A stretch of DNA of 64,000 nt from an uncultured Verrucomicrobiae bacterium (GTDB lineage: Bacteria > Verrucomicrobiota > Verrucomicrobiia > Limisphaerales > JAFGQR01): NCBI GenBank assembly GCA_963788655.1, contig CAWBHS010000022.1, positions 32,001 through 96,000 of the forward strand, given 5' to 3'. Positions 1 through 11,968 of this stretch are shown here, piece by piece. The notes beneath the pieces were generated by a model. It made no database searches, was not told the origin of the DNA, and saw only the letters and a list, made by a program, of their open reading frames with translations. The position numbers and the translations under genes are program-made. The first letter of the stretch is position 1. Each line of letters begins with the position of its first letter.

Positions 1-2000
1 TCCTTGAGCAGGTGGCGGGTCTGCAAGAGCATTCGTTCCCCGTCCACACCCCGGGCGAATGTCAGCACTTGTTTCACCATGCCCGCGCCGCGCGCCGCGC
101 TGGATTCGAGGATGGCCAACATGCGGCGGCTTTGGGGATCCTTGAATTTTTCTTTCAGGATTTCCACCGACATCATGATCGGCGCCAGGACGTTGTTCAA
201 ATCATGGGCGATACCGCCGGCCAGCGTGCCAATGCTCTCCATCCGCTGCGTGCGCAGCAATTGGGATTCGATGGTCTTCTTCTCGTTGATATTCGTGTTG
301 ACGATCAGGATGGATTTGGGCTGCCCGGCATCGTCGTGGACCAGGGTCCACCGACTTTCGACGATGACGGGCTCGTCGCCGCGCGTCACTTGGCGGCATT
401 CCCCCTGCCATTCGCCTTTGACCATCATGGCGGAGTGGGCTTGCTGGTAGGTAGCGGTATCGCGGTAAATTAACGAATCAATCGAGCGGCCCAGGACTTC
501 CCTGGCGGGCCAGCCATAGAGGCGTTCGGCGCTCTTGTTCCAATAAACGCAGTGCTCGCCCAAATCGAGCACCATGATGGCATCCTGCGCCTTGTCGAGC
601 AGTGCGGCTTGTTCGTTGAGTTTTTCCTCGCCGGCTTTGCGCACAATCCCTTGGGCAATGGAATCGGCCACCGACCCCAGCAACTCCAGGGTGTCCGGGG
701 GCAGAGGGTTCTGGGAGAACATCGCCATCACGCCGATCAGCCGGTTCTGCACGAAGAGCGGGAACCCGGCGAACCCGACCATCTTTTGCTGCTGCACCCA
801 TTCACGATCCGTGATGTTCGAGTCGTTGAGCAGGTCATTGCAAAGCATGGGCACGCGTTCCTTGGCGACCAGGCCGACTTTATAAGTGCCCATTTGAATC
901 CGGCTGTGCTGGCCGTTGAGGTGGGTGTACAGACCGGCGCTGGCCTGGAGTTCGAGCATGTTGCCATCCACGTTGAGCGTCCAGATCCGGGCGAACGCGC
1001 CGTCGAGATGCTTGACAATGGATTGGGCGCACCGATTGAGAGTGTTGGCCAGGGTGTCCGTCGCCGCCAGGGCGAAGCCGATGTCGGCCCGCAATGCAGA
1101 CTGGCGCGCCTGGCGGGAGCGCATCGATTCCGTTTGTTTGCGATCCGTGATGTCGCGAAACACCACGACGGTGCCGACCTGCCGAGTGCCTTCGAGAATG
1201 GGTTTGCTGGTATAATCGACCGGGAACGAGGTGCCATCTTTACGACGGAACAAATCATTGTCCCCGATCAAGACCGAGCCGTCCTGGTACGCTGCGGCCA
1301 TGAAGTGATCGTCCTGGCCGCCGGGCAACGTGGTGATGCGAAGTTGGTATATCAGGGCGCTGGCGGACTTGCCCACCAATTCAATGGGATTCCAGCCGGT
1401 GAGCCGCCCGCCCGCGGGATTGACGAAGGAAATCTTGCCGTGCAGGTCCAGGCCAAAGATGCCTTCGCCGGCCGCGCTGAGCAGCAATTCGTTCCGGCGG
1501 TTCAGGCGGGTCAATTCTTCTTCCGTGCGTTTGAAGACGGTGATGTCCGTGCCCACCAGGACATAATTGACCAAGTGATTCCGTTCGTTGAACACCGGGG
1601 TAAAGCTGACGGACAGCCAGTACCGCTGGCCCTGGCGATGGGTACATAGCATTTCGAGCGAGAAATGCGCGCGCCCCATGAAACCTTCCTTGATTTTCTG
1701 GGTGGTGCGCGATCCGTGACCGGAGCCGATCAGGGTGGCGGCGGGCGGTTTGCCAAGGATGTCTTCCAACGCATAACCGCTCAGCCGCGTAAAGCCGGGA
1801 TTGACCCACTCGATCAAACCATCCCGGTTGGTGATCATCACGGCATTATCCGTTTTGTCCGCCACCAGGGACAATTTGGCCAGGTCGGCATTTTTGCGGG
1901 TGCTGGAACTAAAAGCGCGCACACCCAGCCAGGCCAGCCCGACCAGCATCATGCCCGCCACCAGCGCCCCGCCGGCGATCAAAATTGTCAGCTTATCCAT
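1..2000 (-). CDS. Multi-PAS/GAF sensor histidine kinase, 3' end beyond the window edge
   Basis: My translation from ATG 2000: N-terminal TM (MDKLTILIAGGALVAGMMLVGLAWLGV), PAS motifs (ITNRDGLIEWVNPGFTRLSGY; FVNPAGGRLTGW; YWNKSAERLYGW), a GAF domain (FAGFPLFVQNRLIGVMAMF) and an H-box (ESIGTLAGGIAHDLNNVL). It is absent from the ORF track because there is no stop in the window. Confidence 0.93.
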   Translation of the reverse strand, partial: MDKLTILIAGGALVAGMMLVGLAWLGVRAFSSSTRKNADLAKLSLVADKTDNAVMITNRDGLIEWVNPGFTRLSGYALEDILGKPPAATLIGSGHGSRTTQKIKEGFMGRAHFSLEMLCTHRQGQRYWLSVSFTPVFNERNHLVNYVLVGTDITVFKRTEEELTRLNRRNELLLSAAGEGIFGLDLHGKISFVNPAGGRLTGWNPIELVGKSASALIYQLRITTLPGGQDDHFMAAAYQDGSVLIGDNDLFRRKDGTSFPVDYTSKPILEGTRQVGTVVVFRDITDRKQTESMRSRQARQSALRADIGFALAATDTLANTLNRCAQSIVKHLDGAFARIWTLNVDGNMLELQASAGLYTHLNGQHSRIQMGTYKVGLVAKERVPMLCNDLLNDSNITDREWVQQQKMVGFAGFPLFVQNRLIGVMAMFSQNPLPPDTLELLGSVADSIAQGIVRKAGEEKLNEQAALLDKAQDAIMVLDLGEHCVYWNKSAERLYGWPAREVLGRSIDSLIYRDTATYQQAHSAMMVKGEWQGECRQVTRGDEPVIVESRWTLVHDDAGQPKSILIVNTNINEKKTIESQLLRTQRMESIGTLAGGIAHDLNNVLAPIMMSVEILKEKFKDPQSRRMLAILESSAARGAGMVKQVLTFARGVDGERMLLQTRHLLK

Positions 2001-2591
2001 GGTTCAACCATAGTCCGTTCGCAGCAATACCAGCTTGGGTGTAGCAACAAACCTGCCGGAGCGGATCCGGAAAGAAAGTCACGCTGGGGCGCTATTTCGC
2101 GCCTCCGCCGATCGCACCTGCCCAATGAAGATTCACAACCACGATTCAACGCCTTCACCCCAATTGCATTGCCCACTTAGTAAGTCGGAAGGATGGCCAA
2201 GGTCTTGAGGCACGAGGCTGAGTGACAGCGGCCGGTTGCGGAATTGGGGTGAATCGCGAACTCTGACGCTTAATCTCTTATCAGGCCAGGCGCGGCAAGG
2301 CGGAGATGCTGCACCGCCCTGACCGCCGTACCGGACATATTTGCCGCCGCGAATACGCTTGGCGGAACCCCTAATTCCAAGCTCATAAGTCCATGGTGAT
2401 GGAAGCCTTCATGACAATCAGCAGGGCCCGGTGGATGCCCCGGCTTTCTTCTGCCAAAATCGATCCAGCGAACGGGAGCCAGCCGATTGGCTCAGAGACA
2501 AATCGAACCTCATCGGCAGCGAGCACCCGGCATCATGACACCCATGCCTACCGCGGGATGCAGCGCACCGGTTTTCGGTTGGCCCATCGTC

Positions 2592-2963
2592 TCAACGCTT
2601 CGATTCCAACACCACTTCCTTGCCTTCCGGGGCCATCACGAATTCAATCCGCGCCGCTTCCTTGGACGGCAGCGCCACCAATTCCAACGCCCAAATCAGC
2701 GAGATCAGCCGGCCCGAAAAACTGTACGGCGCCGCGGGCAATTGAAAACGAAACGGACGCGCTTCCGCGGTCTGCGGATTTTCCAGACGCTGCGTTGCCA
2801 CGACTTCGGTGTCCTCGGTACCTTTGCCGCGCGTAAACCAAAACAAGCGGATTTCAAGGGCCGCGGGCGGTTGCGGAAATTCCCATCCCGCCGCGCCGAC
2901 AATTTCTTCGCCGGGCTGGAACTGGGTGCGCTCTTCGCGTAAGGCAATTTTCAACTCGCTCAT
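2592..2963 (-). CDS. Hypothetical protein, possible arrestin-like/SpoOM-like beta-sandwich
   Basis: ORF from MSELKIALRE. Its ATG overlaps the TGA of the upstream DUF3592 gene (ATGA at 2960-2963). Contains FRFQLPAAPYSFSGRLISLIWALEL. Confidence 0.7.
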   Translation of the reverse strand: MSELKIALREERTQFQPGEEIVGAAGWEFPQPPAALEIRLFWFTRGKGTEDTEVVATQRLENPQTAEARPFRFQLPAAPYSFSGRLISLIWALELVALPSKEAARIEFVMAPEGKEVVLESKR

Positions 2964-4744
2964 GTGGACATGCTCATCTGAGGTTGGTTCTTCACCGGTG
3001 GACGCGGCAGAATCGTGACGGGAAATTCCTCCTTGATGTCCGGCCACCGCGGGATGTCGCCGTGTACGCGCAGCTTCCAGAGGATCTTGTTGTGAGTGCT
3101 CTCGAAAGAGTGCATGAGCTCGGGCGGCACGGTCACCCGCGCTTGTCCGGCATTCAAGGATACCCGATCGGTCGTGTTGGCCACTTCCACCGTGGCAAAC
3201 ACTGACTTGTCCGTCACCGTTTTGGTTCCGCGCCGATACTTGGCTTCTTCACTCCCTTCGAGATGGATGCGCAGCCGTTGCAACACGCTGGTGCGCCCCC
3301 GCAATTCCCAGCGGACCTCGAATGAATTGCCCAGTCGAACCGCGCCCGGAGTCACCACTAATCGCGGTCGGGGATTGAACAAGCCCAGGAACGCGTACCC
3401 CACGAAACCGATCATGCCCAACCCAATCAGGACAAACGGAACCATGAAAATGGTCAGCATCCAGTCGGGGCGGTGCCGGACCCAGCCTTCCACCGCTTGC
3501 CAGACGAAGACGGACACGATGCCGTTCCAAAACGCGGCCACTAAAATGCCGCCGATGAATTTGCCCAACGGACTGGCCGCTGATTTCAGTTCCTTCGGCC
3601 CATCATCCTCGGTGGTCCACGCTGAGGGTCCGGTGCTTGCCGCGGCCGCCATGGCGGCCCGATCCCGCACCCGCAATGACCGCACCCCGGCCCGCCAGGG
3701 TGGTTTCGCCTGACGCCCGCTCTTAGGAACATAGAGCAAGCCACCGGCCCCGATGAGCACGAATACCAGCGGGATGAGTCCGAGCAACATGGACGGGGTG
3801 AAATCCCGCACCAACACCGCGTTGGTCGGGTCATTTCGATCCACATAGCAAACAGTCTTCTTGCCGGGCGGATGCGCGCGCACGATTTTGGCTTTGCCCG
3901 CCCGGCCACTGGAGGAACCGCCCATGAAATTGTACCGATTGGCCCGATACTCCCGGCCGCCGATTTCATAAGCGTAAAGGATGTCCACGCTGTACGTCGT
4001 GCTCTTGTCGCCGCGGTGACTGCGCACCTGGCTGGAAACCACCGTGCATGGAAGCCGGGTCCAATTGCGGGCGGAAATAACCAACGCCACCGGGCGAATA
4101 CCCAGGAAATAGAAGACAATGAGCCCGATGACCAGGAAGGCGCCGAAAAACACCCGGCCAACGGCCTTGCCGGAAGCTCCCTTCGCCGATTCCGAAATCG
4201 CTCGTTGCGATTCGCCTGCTTCCCCGCCTGCGTCCCGGCGCTGCTTGAGCGCATAGCGGACCATAAAAACCAAGCCACCGCCGCCAATGGCCACGAACAA
4301 TAATGGGAACAAAACCGCGAACCCAAACCATAAACTGCCGCGTTGCAGGATGGCTTCCGTGGGCGCCTTGGGATTGACGTAGCACGTCGTCTTCGAGCCC
4401 GCCTCGTAGCGCAGCGCCATTTGCTGAGCGGCGCGGTAGTCTGAATATTTCTTCGAACCAGTCCCAAACTGGTGGGACGTATATTCCTCGCCGTTGTAGG
4501 GGTAGCGATATTCCACCTGAAATTGATAATCTTGGCCCGCTTTGGTGACTTCGCTGGAAACAATCTCGCCGGCGACAGGTTTCCAGGAATACGTGCCTAC
4601 GGTCTGGATGAACTCCCGCGCCATGATGATGGTCATAAAGGAGCCAACGCCCAAAAAGATCAACAACACGATGGCAAAAACCACCAGGCCGCAGCCACCG
4701 GCCGATTTGTTGCCCAAATTCAATTTGCCACCGCTCACGCTCAT
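2960..4744 (-). CDS. Membrane protein with two DUF3592-like units and a C-terminal soluble domain
   Basis: Two repeats of TM-W..V.G/C.(I/V)VSS.V...Y.Y...G.EY.....CYV....P..A.L.R-TM, further TM helices, then a soluble C-terminus. Start placed at MSVSGG. Confidence 0.8.
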   Translation of the reverse strand: MSVSGGKLNLGNKSAGGCGLVVFAIVLLIFLGVGSFMTIIMAREFIQTVGTYSWKPVAGEIVSSEVTKAGQDYQFQVEYRYPYNGEEYTSHQFGTGSKKYSDYRAAQQMALRYEAGSKTTCYVNPKAPTEAILQRGSLWFGFAVLFPLLFVAIGGGGLVFMVRYALKQRRDAGGEAGESQRAISESAKGASGKAVGRVFFGAFLVIGLIVFYFLGIRPVALVISARNWTRLPCTVVSSQVRSHRGDKSTTYSVDILYAYEIGGREYRANRYNFMGGSSSGRAGKAKIVRAHPPGKKTVCYVDRNDPTNAVLVRDFTPSMLLGLIPLVFVLIGAGGLLYVPKSGRQAKPPWRAGVRSLRVRDRAAMAAAASTGPSAWTTEDDGPKELKSAASPLGKFIGGILVAAFWNGIVSVFVWQAVEGWVRHRPDWMLTIFMVPFVLIGLGMIGFVGYAFLGLFNPRPRLVVTPGAVRLGNSFEVRWELRGRTSVLQRLRIHLEGSEEAKYRRGTKTVTDKSVFATVEVANTTDRVSLNAGQARVTVPPELMHSFESTHNKILWKLRVHGDIPRWPDIKEEFPVTILPRPPVKNQPQMSMST

Positions 4745-4879
4745 CAAGGACCAGTTATGGCAAAAAGCCGGGTTGTTTGCCAAGCCTGCGATGCATGACC
4801 GCGACCGGCCGCCGGGGTCCGTCATTTAAACATGCGAGCGTGACCGTGGATCCCTGCGCCCCGCGGCTGCCGTCTGATC

Positions 4880-5131
4880 TCAGGGTTTGGTTGGTTCTTC
4901 CGGTGGTGGCATTTCTGCTGGGCGCGATTTTTTCTTCTTCCGAACGGTCACCAGCGTAACCAAAACGCCCACCAGGAAACCGACCACGGCCGTGACGAAC
5001 AGCAGAAAAGCATACGGCATGGCCAACGTCCAAAAGAGTAACTGCGTCTGGACCGGTTCGGTGTTCTGAGCCACCAGGATCGTGACCAGCACGATGAGGA
5101 TCAACGCGGCAATGAGTTTCGTCTTTTTCAT
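4880..5131 (-). CDS. LapA/DUF1049-family small membrane protein
   Basis: Two TM helices flanking QNTEPVQTQLLFW, typical of the LapA family. Confidence 0.75.
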   Translation of the reverse strand: MKKTKLIAALILIVLVTILVAQNTEPVQTQLLFWTLAMPYAFLLFVTAVVGFLVGVLVTLVTVRKKKKSRPAEMPPPEEPTKP

Positions 5132-5248
5132 AAGTCAGCCAATTGGCAACACCCTATTGTTGCTTCCGCCCCCGACAGAAAAGATATTTTTTTAATCAGC
5201 ACGGATACTGTACGGCGCTGGCCCGATCAAGAGGCAAACGAGCGTGTG

Positions 5249-5379
5249 CAGCAATTCATTATGGAACAGATGGGGACGCCGCGTGAGGGCACCCGGCCTA
5301 CCAGCGGACGTTTTTGCGGTGTTGTAGGCCGGGTGCCCTCACCCGGCGGGGATTGACCGGCCATAATGAAAAATTGCTG
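5249..5379. mobile_element. Small MITE/REPIN-like element: outer inverted repeats enclosing a GTAG REP pair
   Basis: Outer IR cagcaattcattatgg / ccataatgaaaaattgctg. Inner perfect 19-bp IR gtgagggcacccggcctac (5283-5301) / gtaggccgggtgccctcac (5324-5342). Confidence 0.6.
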
Positions 5380-5549
5380 GAGCGGGGGCGGACCGGCGGA
5401 CCGGACCGAATTCAAAACCGAAAGCCGAAGGATGTCTGAATCCCGAGCCCCGATGGACGGCCGGACGCTGAGTTGGGTTTGGCGATGGTCAATCCGGCAC
5501 TGCTTCCGGGTATCGGGATCTGGATTTCGACCCTCAGTTCTTTATGGGG

Positions 5550-5577
5550 TTGACCGCGGACGACACGGTTCTAAGGT
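5550..5577 (+). promoter_or_regulatory. Putative sigma70 promoter for the rhodanese gene, possibly leaderless
   Basis: TTGACC-16nt-TAAGGT-6nt-ATG, with no Shine-Dalgarno. Confidence 0.45.
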
Positions 5578-5583
5578 AACGGC

Positions 5584-5952
5584 ATGCAACATTCGCCCGG
5601 ATTCTTAAAATGCGTGAACGAAGCGCGGAAGAACGTCAAAGAGATCACCCTCGATCAAGCCCGTGCCCGTCTCAAAGACCAGCCGCAGACCGTGTTGCTT
5701 GATGTGCGGGAAGACGCCGAATGGGCGCAAGGCCACGCCATCGAAGCCGCCCATTTGGGCAAGGGGATTCTGGAGCGCGACCTCGAGCGGCTCTACCCCG
5801 ATCCAAACACGGAGCTCATCATGTATTGTGGCGGCGGCTATCGCTCGGCGCTGACCGCCGATGCCGCGCAACGCATGGGGTATCGCAACGTATATTCGTT
5901 GATCGGTGGCTATCGCGGCATGATCGAAGCCGGTTGGCCGATGACGAAGTAG
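5584..5952 (+). CDS. Rhodanese-like domain protein (sulfurtransferase)
   Basis: LLDVREDAEWAQGH and active-site loop YCGGGYRSALTA, followed by SLIGGYRG. Confidence 0.92.
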   Translation: MQHSPGFLKCVNEARKNVKEITLDQARARLKDQPQTVLLDVREDAEWAQGHAIEAAHLGKGILERDLERLYPDPNTELIMYCGGGYRSALTADAAQRMGYRNVYSLIGGYRGMIEAGWPMTK

Positions 5953-6326
5953 GATGGGGAGGAGGATGCTGGATACGGGATGCCAGATGCCCACAGATGC
6001 CGATGCCGATTTCGTTCTGATCTCGGCCTTTGGTCTTCGGACATCTCCATTCTACGTGCGCTTGCGCCCTGGGAACACCCTGTAGTCTATCAGGTAATAG
6101 ATTGCGAGCATAAGCCATTACGCCAAATTAATCGGGGATCGATGCCTCGGACGAGGGGCTTCCGCGGGTCGCATTGACGAGGGTTATCGAACGTCTCCCC
6201 GCGCGAAAAAACTTTGCTGGAAGGCGGATAAAGTCAACCCATAGGTTTGACACGGCCGTGGGCCGCCAAGATTTGCTTCAATGTCTATTACTCAAAAACT
6301 TAACACCGGCAATCAATGAACTGAGT

Positions 6327-7220
6327 ATGCGTATATCAATCCAAGAAGTTGCCAGGGCAATGAAATCGAACCGAGTTCCGAAGACGATCACTCAAGAGCC
6401 ATTTGATTACGAACCGGGACATTACAAGCGGCTGTGCAATCTCCACGACAGGCAGCCTTCTGGCTGTGATTTGGCCAATTATGCCTTGGACATGAAATAT
6501 ATGGAACTTCAGCCCGATTTGCTTCGGCATTTGACCCCAGTATTGCTTGAGGCTTGGAGGAGAGACTTGTTCGAAGGAGACGTTGCTGGCTACGGAGGAT
6601 TCGTGGAGGAATTCTGGCCCGCTCTTCTGAAAGGAGCAGCGCTTCAAACCATCTATACTGACGCCGAGCGTGCTGCGTTCATCGGTTTTCTCAGGGAAAC
6701 CATCCTCGAACGACTTGATGCCGAGCATTCACTCCGGTTTTCAGGGATGGGGGCATCGCCTTATCGTTGGATTGAGACACTTGTCTGCTACGGTGTTCTT
6801 TTTTCTGACATTGAAGTCTTATGGACTGAGTGGTGGCAGGTGAAGACGCATGGGCATGCCGTCGCGGCGTTCCAATACGCTTCGGCGCTCTTGTATGAAA
6901 GCGACAAGAATCCCGTCTTTGACGCGTGGACGCGCGACAACGGTGGCGGACCTCCAGCATTGTGGGACTGTGGATGCCAGATGTTCGATGTTAGCTGGAG
7001 AGAGGAGAATCTCAGTTTTTTGAGGCGCACCCTAAGCGTCGATTACGTCGAGCGAAATCTTCGAGTTGCCTCAGACCAAATTCAAATCGGGCCAGCGAAG
7101 GAGGTTGCTTCACGCATTCTACAAGAGTTGCCAAACCAGCGGACGCTTCTTGCACTACGAATCGAGGAACTTCCGAAATTGTTGACGGACGTGTCACAGG
7201 TCGAAGGTTTCACAATTTGA
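6327..7220 (+). CDS. Hypothetical protein (~297 aa), more AT-rich than its neighbours
   Basis: Long ORF, start placed at MRISIQEV. No recognised motif. Its stop lies 1 nt before the GTG of the Pnkp fragment. Confidence 0.75.
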   Translation: MRISIQEVARAMKSNRVPKTITQEPFDYEPGHYKRLCNLHDRQPSGCDLANYALDMKYMELQPDLLRHLTPVLLEAWRRDLFEGDVAGYGGFVEEFWPALLKGAALQTIYTDAERAAFIGFLRETILERLDAEHSLRFSGMGASPYRWIETLVCYGVLFSDIEVLWTEWWQVKTHGHAVAAFQYASALLYESDKNPVFDAWTRDNGGGPPALWDCGCQMFDVSWREENLSFLRRTLSVDYVERNLRVASDQIQIGPAKEVASRILQELPNQRTLLALRIEELPKLLTDVSQVEGFTI

Positions 7221-7221
7221 C

Positions 7222-7385
7222 GTGGAACTCACCATCCCCGAACTTTCCTTCGTCGTACTGATCGGCGGGTCCGGTTCGGGCAAGAGCACGTTTGTGCGGA
7301 AGCATTTCAAGCCGACAGAGATTCTGTCATCCGACTATTGTCGCGGATTGGTGTCGGACGATGAGAACAGCCAGGCGGCGACCAT
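7222..7385 (+). pseudogene. N-terminal fragment of polynucleotide kinase-phosphatase (Pnkp, Hen1/Pnkp RNA repair)
   Basis: MELTIPELSFVVLIGGSGSGKSTFVRKHFKPTEILSSDYCRGLVSDDENSQAAT matches the bacterial Pnkp P-loop N-terminus. Similarity ends after about 54 codons, shortly before the 3' end of the convergent esterase gene. Confidence 0.8.
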
Positions 7386-7441
7386 GGCGCGCGACAGATT
7401 TCCAGCCCGATTGCACGTGCTCCCGGCGCAAGATTTGCGGT

Positions 7442-9469
<2,028 letters not shown>

Positions 9470-9766
9470 TGGTAAATTGTCCTGGAGGTTTGAGCAAACA
9501 AAATCCAACCGCCTGCGCACGGCCTCGTTCCCGCCCCGAAAACGCACTTGCCGAGGGTGCGTATGCGGTTAAGCTCTTCGTAGGGCCCCATAGCTCAAAT
9601 GGATAGAGCCCGCGTTTCCTAAACGCGTTATTCCAGTTCAATTCTGGATGGGGCTACCAGTTTGGCTCCCCGGGCTTTGCCGCCCCGCCCGGTTGATTCG
9701 GTTGATTTCCGGCAATGGTCATCGCCACCCACCATCGCCCATAGCAGCCATCAGCTTCCCCCAGGA

Positions 9767-11968
9767 TTACTTCGGTGCTGCCGGGCGGATGCCGACGTTC
9801 TTCAGGTTGATCGGGTGGAAGCCGAGTTTGAACGCAGGCGAATCAGGTTGGAGCGTGAAGTTGTCCTTGGCCGGATCGATAAATTTGGGATCGGCGATCA
9901 GGGAGTTGGTGTCCTGTCCCCGTTGTTGCCATTCAGTGAACAACCATTTGTCGAAACGCACCTCGCCGCCCCCGACGTGCCAATAGAGGTTCTGGTTGAA
10001 GAGATAGTTCGTGTCGCTCAAGTTGCCGCCAAACAATCGGCCGCGATCCCAATACACAATGTTGCGCTCGAAGGTGAAGCTCAGGTGCGGCTCCGGCCGG
10101 GTGCGTTGAATTTGGTGTTCGCGCGCAAGGGCAAAGATGTTGTTTCGCACCATGTTCTCCTTGCCGTAGTGCTGATGGAAACCGCCGTGCGTCGTGCGAT
10201 AGACCACGTTGCTCTCCGCCAGGATGTGGGTGGTGCCTTCATCGAAGTAAATGCCCCAGCCGCCGTAGCGGAACCCGGCGCTGTCGTGCCAAAGGTTGTT
10301 GCGAATGACGGTGCCCTCCTGGAGTCCCAGCGTGTAGATCCCCGCCATGTCGCTTAGGATCGGGCCGTCGCCGTTGGACTTCACGCCGATGTGATGGACG
10401 TGGTTGAACTCGACCGCGTTGTTGGTCGCCAGCGCCCGACCGTAGCCCCAGGTCCAGCCGATGGAAATGCCGCTGTAGTAGAAATCGTGAATATGATTGT
10501 GCAGCAGCCGATTGGACGGCGACTGGCCAATCCAGACGCCGATTGCGCTGTGGAACATCTGGCCGCCGTCGTGAATGTGGCAATCGCTGATCGTGTTGCC
10601 GAACGTCATTTCATCAGCCCGGTCGCGAATGGCCGTTTCGCCCAACTTGATGCCGCCGGCACCGAGGTCGCCCAAGTCGCAATTGCGAACCGAGTTGGAT
10701 TGGCAACCGCGCCCCAGTTCGAGCGCGTAGTTGCCCAAGTGGATGAAATTGCAATGCTCGAAGTCCACCTGGCGCACGCCTTCACCGCGAACCGCACCGG
10801 GCACGCCCACGGCTGCTTGCGCGAAGCCGCCCACTTCGGCTTTCGGCGGCGGCCAGACTTCGGCCTTGTCTTTCCCAGTGTCGAAGCCGCTGGGGAAATA
10901 CCATTCGGTGTGCGCAAACGTGAGGCCCTCGAACACCAGGTTCTCGACGAATTGCCCGGCCTCGGGTTTACCTTCGAAGCGCACCGCTTGTGCCAGCACT
11001 GGGGCGATGACTTCCGTGCGATCCGGTTCCTCTCCGGCCATGGGCATGTAATAGAGACGTCCCGCGTGGCGGTCGAGATACCACTCGCCCGGTTGGTCGA
11101 GAAACTCCAAAGCGTTCTCCACGTAATACAAGTCGCCAGGATCCAGTTTGAACACGCTGCGCTTGCGGAAGGACACGAGCCGGTCAGTTTCGTCCACGCC
11201 AGCTACCGGCAAGTGCGATTCGACCCAGCGGTTCATGACGCAGACTTCGGCATTGGTGATGGTGGGCCCGGCTTTCAGGTCGCCGGCTTTGAAACGAAAC
11301 CGCGCCTGTCCTTCGCTCCAGGGCGTGTCGGATTTGGCATCAGGAATAGCCTCCACTGAGAGGTAACCTTGATTGGGGTGACGAGCGCGTTGGCGGCGTT
11401 GGTCATTTACCCACAGTTCGTGGAAGTACCATTTGCCGGCGCGCACTTCCGGGATGTCGGCGACCCAGAGTTGCTTGCCGTTCACGGTCGCAGGCTTCCA
11501 GTTGGTAATGTGCCGTCCGCCGCTGATGACGGGCTGTTCACGCGCGGCGGCGACATAATACGTTTTGCCATTTGCCGCGCCGGAATCTTCTGGCGTGAAC
11601 ACCAGCGGTTCCGTCAGGAAGTAATGTCCCGCCCGCACCGTCACCACGGCGGAGGGGGAAGGCTTGCCGGCTTGTTGGCGTTTGAACTCCCGCAAGGCAT
11701 CGCGAGCGCGGGCGAGGGTCGCAAATGGGCCGTCGGTTTCTTTGGCATTGGGAGCCGAGAGCCGGCCGGACCACTGATCGTTGCCGTTGGGCGCGACAAA
11801 GAAGTAAGGCACATTCGGCCCGGCGGCGGAAAGCGGCGCGGCCAATGCGGCACTGCCGTTGATGGAGAGCAGCGCCGCGATTCCGGCCAGCGCCATCGAT
11901 CGGTAATTGACGCGCAAACCAACGCGTCGGGTCAACCAGATTGAGGTCAATGTTTTGAGCGTTTTCAT
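9767..11968 (-). CDS. Secreted right-handed parallel beta-helix protein, GH141-like
   Basis: Signal peptide, FFVAPNGNDQWSG...DGPFATLARARDA, LDQPGEWYLD and GGWGIYFDEG motifs, plus PbH1 repeats. Confidence 0.8.
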   Translation of the reverse strand: MKTLKTLTSIWLTRRVGLRVNYRSMALAGIAALLSINGSAALAAPLSAAGPNVPYFFVAPNGNDQWSGRLSAPNAKETDGPFATLARARDALREFKRQQAGKPSPSAVVTVRAGHYFLTEPLVFTPEDSGAANGKTYYVAAAREQPVISGGRHITNWKPATVNGKQLWVADIPEVRAGKWYFHELWVNDQRRQRARHPNQGYLSVEAIPDAKSDTPWSEGQARFRFKAGDLKAGPTITNAEVCVMNRWVESHLPVAGVDETDRLVSFRKRSVFKLDPGDLYYVENALEFLDQPGEWYLDRHAGRLYYMPMAGEEPDRTEVIAPVLAQAVRFEGKPEAGQFVENLVFEGLTFAHTEWYFPSGFDTGKDKAEVWPPPKAEVGGFAQAAVGVPGAVRGEGVRQVDFEHCNFIHLGNYALELGRGCQSNSVRNCDLGDLGAGGIKLGETAIRDRADEMTFGNTISDCHIHDGGQMFHSAIGVWIGQSPSNRLLHNHIHDFYYSGISIGWTWGYGRALATNNAVEFNHVHHIGVKSNGDGPILSDMAGIYTLGLQEGTVIRNNLWHDSAGFRYGGWGIYFDEGTTHILAESNVVYRTTHGGFHQHYGKENMVRNNIFALAREHQIQRTRPEPHLSFTFERNIVYWDRGRLFGGNLSDTNYLFNQNLYWHVGGGEVRFDKWLFTEWQQRGQDTNSLIADPKFIDPAKDNFTLQPDSPAFKLGFHPINLKNVGIRPAAPK

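Noticed and set aside
552..1649. 365-aa plus-strand ORF and many similar long antisense ORFs (e.g. 12970..14145, 44203..45909, 58288..60162)
   Set aside because: They are shadows of well-supported opposite-strand genes in GC-rich DNA and have no motifs.
2180..2590. Structured ncRNA in the long intergenic region upstream of the kinase
   Set aside because: No recognisable riboswitch or tRNA motif or convincing stems by eye. An Infernal/Rfam scan would be needed.
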